Assembly (NCBI GenBank): GCA_009602725.1
Contig: WELB01000002.1
Coordinates: 1,530,782 to 1,550,781, forward strand
DNA: 20,000 nucleotides
DNA from: Spirogloea muscicola
Lineage: Eukaryota
Direction of reading: 5' to 3'
The position numbers and the translations under genes are program-made. Shown one piece after another: positions 1 to 8,756 of the stretch. The notes below the pieces were generated by a model, which was not told where the DNA came from, did not search any database, and saw only the letters and a program-made list of their open reading frames with translations. Position 1 is the first letter of the stretch. Each line of letters opens with the position of its first letter.

Positions 1-56
1 AGATCATGACAGTTTGGCATCAGCAATGTCCGTCGAGGTCAGTTGCTATTACTGAC

Positions 57-605
57 CTGAGCTTCCTCCAAGCCAAGGGCGCGGGGATACCCTCCTCTAG
101 TTGCCGGCTCGCTCTGCACCTTCCGCTGCGACGCTGCTGCCATTTCGTCCCGGCTTCCAGACACCTCCGGTTGCCGTTCTTTGATCGCAGTTTGGCCTGG
201 TCGGAGTATAGCCGGCTCTCCGCCACGAACCTGCAGCTTGAATGTCTCCTTGTCCAGCTTGAGCCACTCCTCATCCCCATCGTCATAGACAACCCTGTGC
301 TCCTGCCTCCTGCTGTTGTACGCCCTCACAACTCCAAAGAAATACTTGGCCTCCATGGGCCAGAAGACCTTGATCCTGCGGCCCACAATCTTAGGGCCAT
401 CGCTAGGCGTGAGGCAAACTTGCTGCAGGGGCCCGGGCCGCTTGGATTGGGGCTTCTGGCACTCTGGGGCTGGTCGCTTGGCCCGCAGGACGCGGCGCTC
501 CGTGTGGAGTTGGGCCTTGGCGTCGACGATGACCATCTCGGGCAGGACGGGCTGGCCGGAGAGCATGCTGCTCTCAGCATCGTGCCAAGGGGGCGCCACG
601 GTCAT
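57..605 (-). CDS. Coding exon of a Tudor-domain chromatin protein (plant Enhancer-of-polycomb-like / ATX / MSH6 / PDS5-type Tudor); gene continues off the left edge
   Basis: ORF 39..1118(-) contains IVGRRIKVFWPMEAKYFFGVVRAYNSRRQEHRVVYDDGDEEWLKLDKETFKLQV (~230-395), a typical plant Tudor/Agenet-like motif. EEW..L..E.FKL most resembles Enhancer-of-polycomb-like proteins, from memory. Splice donor CAG|GTCAGT at 57/56 precedes the in-frame stop. Start is uncertain; first in-frame ATG is at 605. Confidence 0.75.
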
Positions 606-1078
606 CGGCAGGCCCCACCGCCGCCGCCGGCTGCAGGCGGGGGCGTTCCGCCTAGATGTCGACGGAGGCGTCGTCGTCGTCTCGCCGGCCCCGGCGCGGC
701 CGACCGACGGCCCGGCGACGCGCGGACGCGCGGGGAGGCGGCGGCAGCTCCGCCATGGCGGCCGGCAGGCGCAGATGAAGGGGCGGTGGTGATGGGTGTG
801 GGGGGAGTGGCGGGAGAAAAGCCGTGGGAGGAGGGAGGTGGGGGGGAGGGGGGGTTGGAAACCTCGGCCCCCGGGTGGGGTGGGTGCCGCTGGCGCAGCA
901 ATCACGCTCCAAACAGGAGCCCCGCGAAATGCGCGCCCCTCTCGAAAATGACACCCTCGAAAATCCGTCGTCAAACCCTCCCCCCCCCGCGCCAATATCC
1001 CCGCCGGCGGCCCGCGGCGCCATTGGCCGGCGTGCGGCCCCCCCGCCGGCGGCCGCCACGTCGGCGGGCGCCCCGGGG

Positions 1079-1450
1079 TTTGCCCCCTCGCCAGCCCCTC
1101 TTCTCTATGGGCGCGCACTTCTTACCTCGCTCGCCGCCTGCGCGTGTGAGCGCGCCCCCGCCACGGCCGTGGTAAAAAGAAAGAAATTGCCCGCCCACAG
1201 AGGGTAGGGGCTGGGAAAGAAGAAGAAGTGGCTCTCCCTGTGTGTGTCGCTGCTTAGCTCGTAGTTTTGGCCCCTTCGAACCTTGTCAATTCTTTTCGGG
1301 CTGGCTTCTCACAGCCCTTGCCCTCATTGGGAGAGCCACTTCTTCCCAGTGGGGGCAAGGGCTGTGAGAAGTCAGCCCGAAAAGAATAGACAACGGTGCG
1401 AAGGGGCAAAAGCCAAATGACGGAGGAGCCTAAAGAGAAGTGGCTCTCCC
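1079..1450. repeat. Cluster of isolated CRE-like retroelement 3' ends in both orientations, including a fold-back at 1265-1412
   Basis: CAGCCCCTCTTCTCTATGGGCGCGCAC (~1093-1119, +), GAAGAAGAAGTGGCTCTCCC (1219-1238, -), 3'UTR copy at 1252-1345 (+) near-identical to 4394-4487, and an inverted partial copy at 1348-1412. Confidence 0.8.
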
Positions 1451-1459
1451 AATGTAAGG

Positions 1460-2378
1460 TTTCGTGTATTTGAAACAAACGAACGCCAAATGGCCAAGTA
1501 CAAAGGCAAGCACATCTTAAGACCTACATAACCTACAGTAGATTGACCCGCTCAGAAACCACGGGTCAAAACATAAAGGTCGCTAACCGATGCCTGGATA
1601 CTAGATGGCAGATACGAAGCCCTTCTGCCACCAACTAGAGCTCGCCCAGCTTTCTGGTGCAAAGCATTAGCCTGAGCACGCTGCAAACAGGCCGAAACTC
1701 GTCGTCGCAACAACGACAGATAAGCAGCTGGCAAGCCCATCTCAGCCGGGAACACATCTGCATGTCGTGTGTAGCCTAGATTGGCTATGTTTTGAAGGAG
1801 AGTAAGGAAACGAGGACCTAAGCAGCCAAAGATGTCGATTGCTGCTGGCAAGAGCTGATCACATCGGGGGTAATCGGAGTAGTGCTGCAACTTTCTTTGT
1901 TCAGCACTGCCCACTGCGTGGCCAGCGATGTGTGTCGATGCTGGACCTTTATAGGCCTCCGTAACCACAATATCGACCAAAGCCCTTGGTCCTCCACCAG
2001 GTTGCACGCCCACAATGTCAAGTGTGCGGCGATGATGACGTCCCTGGGCATCCGTGGTGATAGGCATGATGTTGTTCACTTCCACGACCGCACGGTACCC
2101 GGCGTCGCGCATCAAACCCGCCAGAGCATCACGGAGGAGGTTGTGGATGCCCACCACTTCTGGTCCAGTGGGGCATCGCAGCATGTGAGTGGCGAGCTCA
2201 GCACTCTCTGCGCGGAAGCCGCACTCACACTGGCGCACCCCAATCAGGCACTTAGGTGGGAGGCCGAGGACGAGTTGAAGCGACGTCCGAAAGGCCTCGG
2301 AGCTGATGCTGAAGGCGCTGGCCACGGCGTGTGAGGTGATCCAGTCTGTGGCTCCAGGTGTGGCGAGGGAAGTAAGTC
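1460..2378 (-). mobile_element. 5'-truncated CRE-like non-LTR retrotransposon: zinc knuckle plus REL endonuclease C-terminus (ORF 1552-2378) and 3'UTR
   Basis: Open frame with CECG..HMLRC (CCHC), IHN, RRTLDIV..VDIVV, AEQRKLQHY, PAAIDIFG..G, RRRVSACLQRAQA. This is the PD-(D/E)xK REL layout of CRE-clade elements. The 3'UTR end (TTGGCCATTTGGC..TTTCAAATACACGAA) recurs inverted at ~3704-3740. Confidence 0.88.
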
Positions 2379-2384
2379 TTGCCA

Positions 2385-2700
2385 GGCAAGGGCTGTGAGA
2401 AGCCAGCCCGAAAAGAATGGACAAGGTTCGAAGGGGCCAAAGTACGAGCTAAGCAGCGACTGTGGGGCCTGAAGAGGCTGTGGCAGAAGGGGGGAGGATG
2501 GACCACTAAAAGGAGCCTAAAAGCGCTAAGCGGCTACAAAGGGGCCTGCAGATGCTCTGTCAGAACGGGGGAGGATGGACCACTCAGTAACTACGACTGA
2601 GGAGCCTCAAATCCGCCAGACTAGCTGCCGGATAACTATCCCCTTGACGAAAGCCGGAGGCCGCAGCGAGAGCACGGCCAGCACGCAGATGCAAGGCGTT
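2385..2700 (-). mobile_element. CRE-like 3' fragment (ORF tail plus 3'UTR)
   Basis: ALHLRAGRALAAASGFRQGDSYPAASLADLRLLSRSY* (2584-2698). The UTR has an internal duplication of TGGTCCATCCTCCCCC and matches 4341-4460. Confidence 0.85.
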
Positions 2701-2786
2701 TTCCGGCTCCTCTTTCTTTGGCTTTGGACATTGTCCATTCATTTTTGGAGCACTTCCAAGGTGTGGGCCACGGACCGCTGAAGGAA

Positions 2787-3057
2787 GAAGCAAGTGCTCG
2801 CCCATAGAGAAGAGAGAAGAGGGGCTGGCAAAGCCAGCCCAAAAACGAATGGACAATGTCCGAAGCCAAAGAAAGAGGAGCCGGGAAAAGGACTACACTA
2901 CAAAACACTGCAAAAGACATAGACGATGCAGAGGGCAGCTCAGTACCCACGAGTGAGCAACATCAGGTCTGAGTAGCTCGCTGCAGGGAAAGGAAGCTCG
3001 CTGAAGGGAGACGGACAATCGCATATGAAATACCTGAGCCCACGAGCCAGCGCCGTT
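2787..3057 (-). mobile_element. CRE-like 3' fragment with internal deletion
   Basis: AGSWAQVFHMRLSVSLQR joined out of frame to FPAASYSDLMLLTRGY*; the UTR ends GGGCTGGCTTTGCCAGCCCC..ATGGGCGAGCAC. Confidence 0.8.
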
Positions 3058-3059
3058 AA

Positions 3060-3600
3060 AGAGAAGGGCTCGCCCATTGAGGATAGGGGCTGGAAAAAGC
3101 CAGCCCAGAAAAGAATGAACGGACGAGAAGGGGCCAGGGAAAGTACGAAGAACAACAAGCACTAAGAAGAAACGAAGCAGCTACGAAGCACTCAGTAACC
3201 CCTGCTAAGCAGCCTCAGGTCAGAGAGACTGGGTTCCTGGAAGCGGGTCCACTGGCCAGAGCCAGAGGCAGCAGCGAGGGCTCTGCCTGCACGCAGGTGC
3301 AGCGCGCGGGCCATAGACCTCTGCAGCGAGACGGCCAAGCGCATGCGGTACACCTGCGCTAGCGACCCTGCTGCATGGGAGTCCACCGGCTCCCCATGGA
3401 AGCGGCGGACAATGGCGTGACGTGAGAGCTGGTTGAGCAGCTCGAGCCACCGAGCGCCCAGCGCCCCGTGCGTATCGATGGCGAGCGGGAAGAACTAGTC
3501 TTCCCGCGTTAAAGACAGCCAGCTCACCACGCCTGCGGGACACCGCGCGCCGCGCAAGCCTGGCCAGCAGGTCGAGCCGGGACCCGAGAGCCCCGTGCAA
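3060..3600 (-). mobile_element. Two stacked CRE-like fragments (3060-3492 with 3'UTR; 3500-3600 internal piece)
   Basis: LAIDTHGALGARWLELLNQL...AAGSLAQVYRMRLAVSLQRSMARALHLRAGRALAAASG..SDLRLLSRGY*; the second piece reads HGALGSRLDLLARLARRAVSRRRGE. Confidence 0.85.
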
Positions 3601-3667
3601 AGCCCAGCCCAACAAGAATAAACAAGGTCCAAAGAGCCCTCGCTGCTGCCTCTGGCCCTGGCCAGGC

Positions 3668-4487
3668 GGGCTTTGCTAGCCCCCCTTCTCTCCATTTGGC
3701 CGTTTGGCCATTTGGCCTTTGTTCGTTTCAAATACACGAACTTGCCTTCTCTCAGGGCGAGCAATTTCTTCTGCCAGGGGACCCGCCTCCTCCGCTTTTT
3801 TGGGCTGGCTTTTTCCAGCCCCTATCCTCAACGGGCGAGCCCTTCTTCCAGGAGCCAAGTTTCTCTGACTTGGGGCTGCTTAGGGGTTACTGAGAGACTC
3901 GTAGCTGCTTAGTTTCTTTTGTGCTTGTTTTTCTGAGTGCTTTCTCTGGCCCCTTCTCGCACTTTGGTCATTCGGATTTTGGGCTGGCCTTTTCCAGCCC
4001 CTTTCCATGCATGGGCGAGCCCTCCTTCTCCAACGACGAGTTCGTCCCCCTGGCTGTGGACGTGCATGGGGCTCTCGGATCCCACTGGCTGGACCTGTTG
4101 GCCAGGCTTGCACGGCGCGCTGTGTCCCGCAGGCGCGGTGAGCCGGCTGACTTCAACGCCGCTGGCTCGTGGGCTCAGGTGTATCGTATGCGCTTGTCCG
4201 TCTCCCTCCAGCGGTCCATGGCCCACGCCTTGCATCTGCGTGCTGGCCGTGCTCTCGCTGCGGCCTCCGGCTTTCGTCAGGGGGATACTTTACGGGCAGC
4301 TACTCTGTCGGATGTGAGGCTCCTCACTCGTAACTACTAAGCGGTCCATCCTCCCCCGTTCTGCCATAGCCTCTTCAGGCCCCGCAGTCGCTGCTTAGCT
4401 CGTAGTTTGGCCCCTTCGAACCTTGTCAATTCTTTTCGGGCTGGCTTCTCACAGCCCTTGCCCCCATTGGGAGAGCCACTTCTTCTC
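3668..4487 (+). mobile_element. Head-to-tail stack of plus-strand CRE-like 3' fragments (3' ends ~3668-3845; copy 3846-4025; copy 4030-4487)
   Basis: FQEPSFSDLGLLRGY* (to 3893); DEFVPLAVDVHGALGSHWLDLLARLARRA..YRMRLSVSLQRSMAHALHLRAGRALAAASG..SDVRLLTRNY* (to 4340). Each is followed by the conserved hairpin-GAGCC 3' end. Confidence 0.88.
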
Positions 4488-4932
4488 CAAAGAGACAAAA
4501 GGTTGCCGGAAAAACTCATGGGTCCCAAGCTTCCATCTGAGGTCGTCTCGTGTCTAGCTGTGTGGTTCTTTTCTCTTTTCTTTTTATTTTCCTTCTATAT
4601 TTCGGCACCTTTTTGGCTTCTCACGGCTGCCCCTTTTGATGAGCGCCCCCCGCTGCAGCCGTCGCCCCTAATGAAAGGAAGTGCTTCTGCTCTGCGATAA
4701 TGGATGAATGAATAAAGGCTGCTACTAAGGCTATTCACGGCTGCGATGAAGCGGTACGGCTCGATGGTGGGCTTGCTGACCCACCATCCGTTCCACCGGA
4801 AGCACCGCGCGGCCCATACAGCCAACCTGGGGGGACTGGACTAACGACGACCGCGGAGATGAGCCCCCTTCGCCCTTTCCTTTTCCCCCAAGTCACAACA
4901 GCTTCTTCCAGTGTAAGGCAGGGGCTGTATGT

Positions 4933-5530
4933 AGAAGTGGCTCTCCCAATGGGGCAAGGGTTGTGAGGATTTAGCCCGAAAAGAATTGCATAAAGCCTTA
5001 GTGTTTCTCTTTTCCAACCTCCCTCCCCTGGCCTTTCACCGCCTTGTACTTCGCCTCGTATCAATTCTGCCTATTGCTGTTGTGACGATTTTCCAGCTGC
5101 AAGCTGCTCTTAAATGCGACTGCTAATTAGGAATGGAGCACCCAATCGTAAAGGCCACTCGTGTAGCTGTGAGCTTTAGCGCTTTCAGGCCCCTTCGTGC
5201 TTGTTTTTCTTAGCGCTTCTCCTGGCCCCCTTCTCGTATTTTGTTCCTTCTCTTTTGAGCTGGCCTTTCCAGCCCCTATCCTCAATGGGCGAACCAGCCC
5301 ATTCCTTCCATTCCTTTCTCGATACACCAGCGTGCTGGGCGTGCTTAGGCCAGGCTAATGGCTTCCGTGGTGGTGGTCTTGCTCCTCAGCTTAGGTTGTC
5401 AGATATGTATGTGATCACTCGAGGATATAAGTGCCCCCCTTAGCTAACTCATTACCCCGTTACTAGGACATTTGTAAGGCTAGAGTTGGCCTCTATTTCA
5501 ATTGCATGCGCACCGCGCGCCTCCTCTCTT
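4933..5530. mobile_element. CRE-like remnants: 3' end (4933-4990, -), 3'UTR (~5180-5305, +), and a 3' fragment of a second UTR type (5318-5530, +)
   Basis: 5318-5530 encodes (frameshifted) IHQRAGR.LGQANGFRGGGLAPQLRLSDMYVITRGY and is homologous to 8160-8372 including the 3'UTR ending CATGCGCACCGCGCGCC. Confidence 0.78.
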
Positions 5531-5654
5531 TGGGCTGGCGTCTCACAGCCGACGCCCTACATTGAATGGGCTGGTCTTCTCCCACGATCTGAGCTCACGT
5601 GCTGGCCCTGCCATCGAGACACCGCTCATTCTCCAAGCAGCTGCAAGAGGTGAA

Positions 5655-6300
5655 GGGCTCGCCCATAGAAACAGAGGGGCTAGCAAAGCCAGCCCAGAAA
5701 AGAATGGACATGGTCCGCAGGCCGCAAAAGGCCACAAAAACCGTGCCAGGAGAGGTCAAGCCGCCAATTCAATACCCTGTGGATGTCTACGGCAACTGTG
5801 GCGTAAGTTATCCTCCATCGGACAGTTGGGCTTCTTTACCCTGGGCGCCCTTGGGGACCGCGTGCGCTGCCTGCAAGGTCGATGACGTGATTTGTGTGGT
5901 CGAAAGAGTCCGCAATGGCAACATTGGCAACGATGTGGGGGCCCCAGCGAGACGTGATGGCAACCTTTTCGACGCGCCTTGGATGAGGTCCGTCGGAGGG
6001 CAATGGGCAATGCACTACGTTATACCTTGTAGAAGACAGCACCCTGTGCTTGCTTGTCTGGCTGCTGACAGCTGTTCGTCCTTTTTGCCCCAAAGATTGA
6101 GCACTCTCGCACAGCATGCGCTCATCGTTGCGCTGCAAGAAGTGTTTAGTCTCTTGTCTACACGCCTGGCTCGCTCGAGCAGTGTAAGGATGTGGATCAC
6201 TGCAGAAGCGTGCGGCGTAGGTAAAGGTGAAGCACTGGATGGGGCCCAAGTGTCACACAGCAACATTGACAGGGTTCGGAAGGTGGAGGAGGACCCTGCC
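5655..6300 (-). mobile_element. Highly decayed CRE-like REL fragment abutting a 3' end (5655-5750)
   Basis: Across frames: DGPHPRRVEKVAITSRWGPHIVANVAIADSF (aligns with RRTLDIVGVQPGGGPRALVDIVVTEAY) and TVAVDIHRVLNWRLD (aligns with PLAVDVHGALGSHWLD). The left part is a 3'UTR similar to 18930-19020. Confidence 0.6.
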
Positions 6301-6450
6301 CGCTTGCTAGGACTTGATGACTCGCACCTTTTTTCCAGGTACAGCTCGAGTATCAGATTCGAGCCTCCGGGAGGGCACTGCTTACCCCCCGGTCTGCACG
6401 ACTTGCATTGGCTGATTAGGGGGCTATAGAGTCGTGGAAAGAGGCACATG

Positions 6451-7080
6451 CATTGATGGCTACATACCATGGCTTCTGTATATGTCGATGCTTCATGAAG
6501 ATTGCCTGCTTACATCCTGGAGGGTTTGCTGGCAATATTCTTGAGAGGTCCTGTAACGGAGCCCAATGCACCTGATTCGTCGCCAGAGTACCAGGGCCCC
6601 GATTGTGGCCAGTCTTATGGTTCGTTCCAGGTATTCCAGAGGCCTGATTGAGATGTCCTGCATGGAGATGTCATTGTGAATGTCATCTCGTGCCATTCAC
6701 TGATAGCAGAAGCCTCTCTGAGTACACATTACAGTTCTCTTAAGCACATGTGCATTGCAGCAGCTTCTGTGATGTCCAATACCATGGTGTATTCACATGT
6801 GGGTAAGAGATCGCTCATTGGCGTTCTTCTTCTGCGAGGTGGGGCAGAGGGGTCTCTTACATCAATGAAGGCTGTGCCTACTTCTAAATCGGCTGCTGAC
6901 TGTTGCGTCTTGTGTTCATTGTCTTGTCCAAAGGTTCTGCTGAATGCTAGCCCCTATTTGTCATTCGGCCAACTTTTAGCAGCACATAGCCCAATCTCGG
7001 AGGCCTTCGAGGGGGCAGATAGTGTACACATTGTTAACCTCAAAGTTGGTAGTGGCGTTCAGTGTCCGCCTCTTCTACAG
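6451..7080 (+). pseudogene. GRAS-family transcription regulator pseudogene fragment (exons ~6451-6630 and 6934-7080)
   Basis: LHTMASVYVDAS*RLPAYILEGLLA (LHRI) ...SYGSFQ|gt 6631..ag 6933|VLLNASPYLSFGQLLAAHSPISEAFEGADSVHIVNLKVGSGVQCPPLLQ|gt 7081 (VHIID motif). The exons splice in phase 0. In-frame stops at 6454 and 6496; the QWP motif is changed to QCP. Confidence 0.85.
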
Positions 7081-7569
7081 GTGATTGTGGTCATGCAAAA
7101 GATCTCGTTTACGCTTATGATGCAGCACCAATGCTTACTAGGCATCACTATGGGTAAGACCTTCTTGGCACAGCATGCTGTGAAAATGGACAGCCACTAG
7201 ACTTATCTGAAGCGGTGTCCTCTTTGACTGCAACTCTTACCCAGCACTTTGTCCATGACTCGGGCTGAATCAAACAATCAATACATCATAGGAGAGCCCT
7301 GTGGTCACTTGGAGGCCCGCTCAAAGCCACTGCTCTAATGAGTTTCCGGTTGCAGGTGCCATTTCTCCAACTTTAGTTGGCCACCCTCAGCCCCTTTTGC
7401 CCAACTCTGCCCACTTCTTCTAGACTGGCCTCTTCCAGCAGAAGTGCTGTTGGCCCTGGAGACCGTCGGTGCCTGTAACTTCATGGATGCCGGGTAGGGC
7501 CGGCATGCGGGGGACCTGGAGCCCGTCGGCTAATCAGGGCATTTATGCAAAGCCGGCTGAAGGGGACTT

Positions 7570-8075
7570 CAGTACCGACAAGTGGAGCACATACAAATTC
7601 AAGAGGCTAACTTGGGGAGCTGGAGCACCGCCACGATAGCCAGTGGCCTGGCTTAGAGTGCGCCAAGCACGCTGATGTTAAAGCTTGAAATCAATGCAAA
7701 CTTAGTGCAAGCCGCATTCTGAATCATGCACCTATTGCCTGCGAAATGCTCGTATGACCCGAGCTGCTTCCCCGACTACGACTACATGCGTCAACCAGCT
7801 CGGGCAAGATGCTGGAGGAGGAAAGACCATTTTTTACTGCAGCCGCATTGAATGTGAAGAGCGCACTGAGAGAAGAGGTCTCTTTGGGATCGTTCCTTGT
7901 GATACCTCTCTTTCTTGTGCTCCACGTGCGTTGTTACCCAGTCAGACACAGTCGACGTGGGTGGTCCCGCTTTATAAGCATCAATAGTACGACGTCGAGG
8001 GCGATGGCGAGGCCCACCGCTCCGCGGGAAGGCTGACAATGTCCAGACGTCGCAGTCTCATTGATAGGCATGACG
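7570..8075 (-). mobile_element. Decayed CRE-like REL fragment
   Basis: With frameshifts: MPI..RRLDIV, IALDVV, IDAYKAGP..HVEHKKERYH..LLQHLARAG, FRMRLALSLH*FQAL, HQRAWRTLSQATGYRGG..NLYVL. Collinear with the 1552-2378 ORF. Confidence 0.75.
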
Positions 8076-8109
8076 TCCGACAACGGGGAGGGAGAGTTCT
8101 GGACTAGTT

Positions 8110-8372
8110 GCATGCTATAGAATGCGGCTATCTTTGAGTCTACAGCGCTCCCAGGCACTCGCGATACACCAGCGTGCTGGTCGTGCATTAGCCCAGGCTA
8201 ATGGCTTCCGTGGTGGTGGTTTGGCGCCTCAGTATAGCATGTCAGATATGCATGTGCTCACTCGGGGATATTAGTGTGCCCCTTAGCCAGCTCATTACCC
8301 AGTTAACAGGACACTTGTAAAGCTACAATTGGCCTCCCTTTCAATTTCATGCGCACCGCGCGCCTTCTCTTT
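8110..8372 (+). mobile_element. CRE-like 3' fragment (second UTR type)
   Basis: CYRMRLSLSLQRSQALAIHQRAGRALAQANGFRGGGLAPQYSMSDMHVLTRGY* followed by a UTR homologous to 5430-5530. Confidence 0.85.
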
Positions 8373-8400
8373 GGACGTGGTCACAGCTGAAGGTGCGGCT

Positions 8401-8741
8401 TGTTGAAAATAGTATTAAGGTGAAATCAGCGGGTCGTCGGGCTCACTCTCCACATCTGAGGCCACACAGGTGCTCCCGTGCGCCCTAGCCATGGCTGCCA
8501 GCCACCTTGGGTGAGGGCGGAGCCTGTGCTGTCTGTCTAAATGACTGGCTGAGATCTGAATCTCTCTGCCACCATGAGCGCATCTGCATCTGTGCCGCCG
8601 CGACGAGGACGGTCTGCTGAGCCTGTGGACAAGGGCAAACGTCCGATGGAGGACTCCGACTGGAGGAAGCCAGAATCTGAACAACAGACAGGAACAGGTA
8701 CAGGAGCAGGTACAGGAGCGTACAGCCCAGGACAACTTTCG
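8401..8741 (+). repeat. 5' LTR
   Basis: Starts TGTTGAA and ends CTTTCG (terminal CA mutated). Aligns to 13017-13440 apart from 74-bp and 11-bp gaps. Confidence 0.93.
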
Positions 8742-8756
8742 GGTGATGGGCCCACC
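8742..8756 (+). promoter_or_regulatory. Primer-binding site complementary to the anticodon stem-loop of initiator tRNA-Met
   Basis: GGTGATGGGCCCACC versus the complement of plant tRNAiMet GGUGGGCCCAUAACC (GGTTATGGGCCCACC, recalled from memory): 14/15 match, immediately after the LTR. Confidence 0.85.

Noticed and set aside
6..1207. Long plus-strand ORFs (6..1175, 316..792, 824..1207)
   Set aside because: Low-complexity antisense shadows of GC-rich sequence; the recognisable domain is on the minus strand.
2379..2424. N-terminus (MSILFGLASHSPCL) of the 290-aa ORF
   Set aside because: Derived from the 3'UTR of the adjacent copy and fused in frame by chance; not a real start.
4690..4930. Possible coding remnant, also considered at 14200-14350 and 18300-18680
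   Set aside because: May be older retroelement pieces, but no motif could be identified with confidence.
1250..5750. CRISPR-like array of recurring hairpin repeats with variable spacers
   Set aside because: Repeats are irregularly spaced, in both orientations and degenerate; the 'spacers' are retrotransposon ORF tails; context is eukaryotic with no cas genes.
5599..6429. 276-aa plus-strand ORF
   Set aside because: Crosses a retroelement 3'UTR and the antisense of a decayed REL fragment; no recognisable domain.
6676..7200. 174-aa ORF as a complete gene
   Set aside because: Only 6934-7080 is GRAS-like; the rest is read-through of flanking introns.
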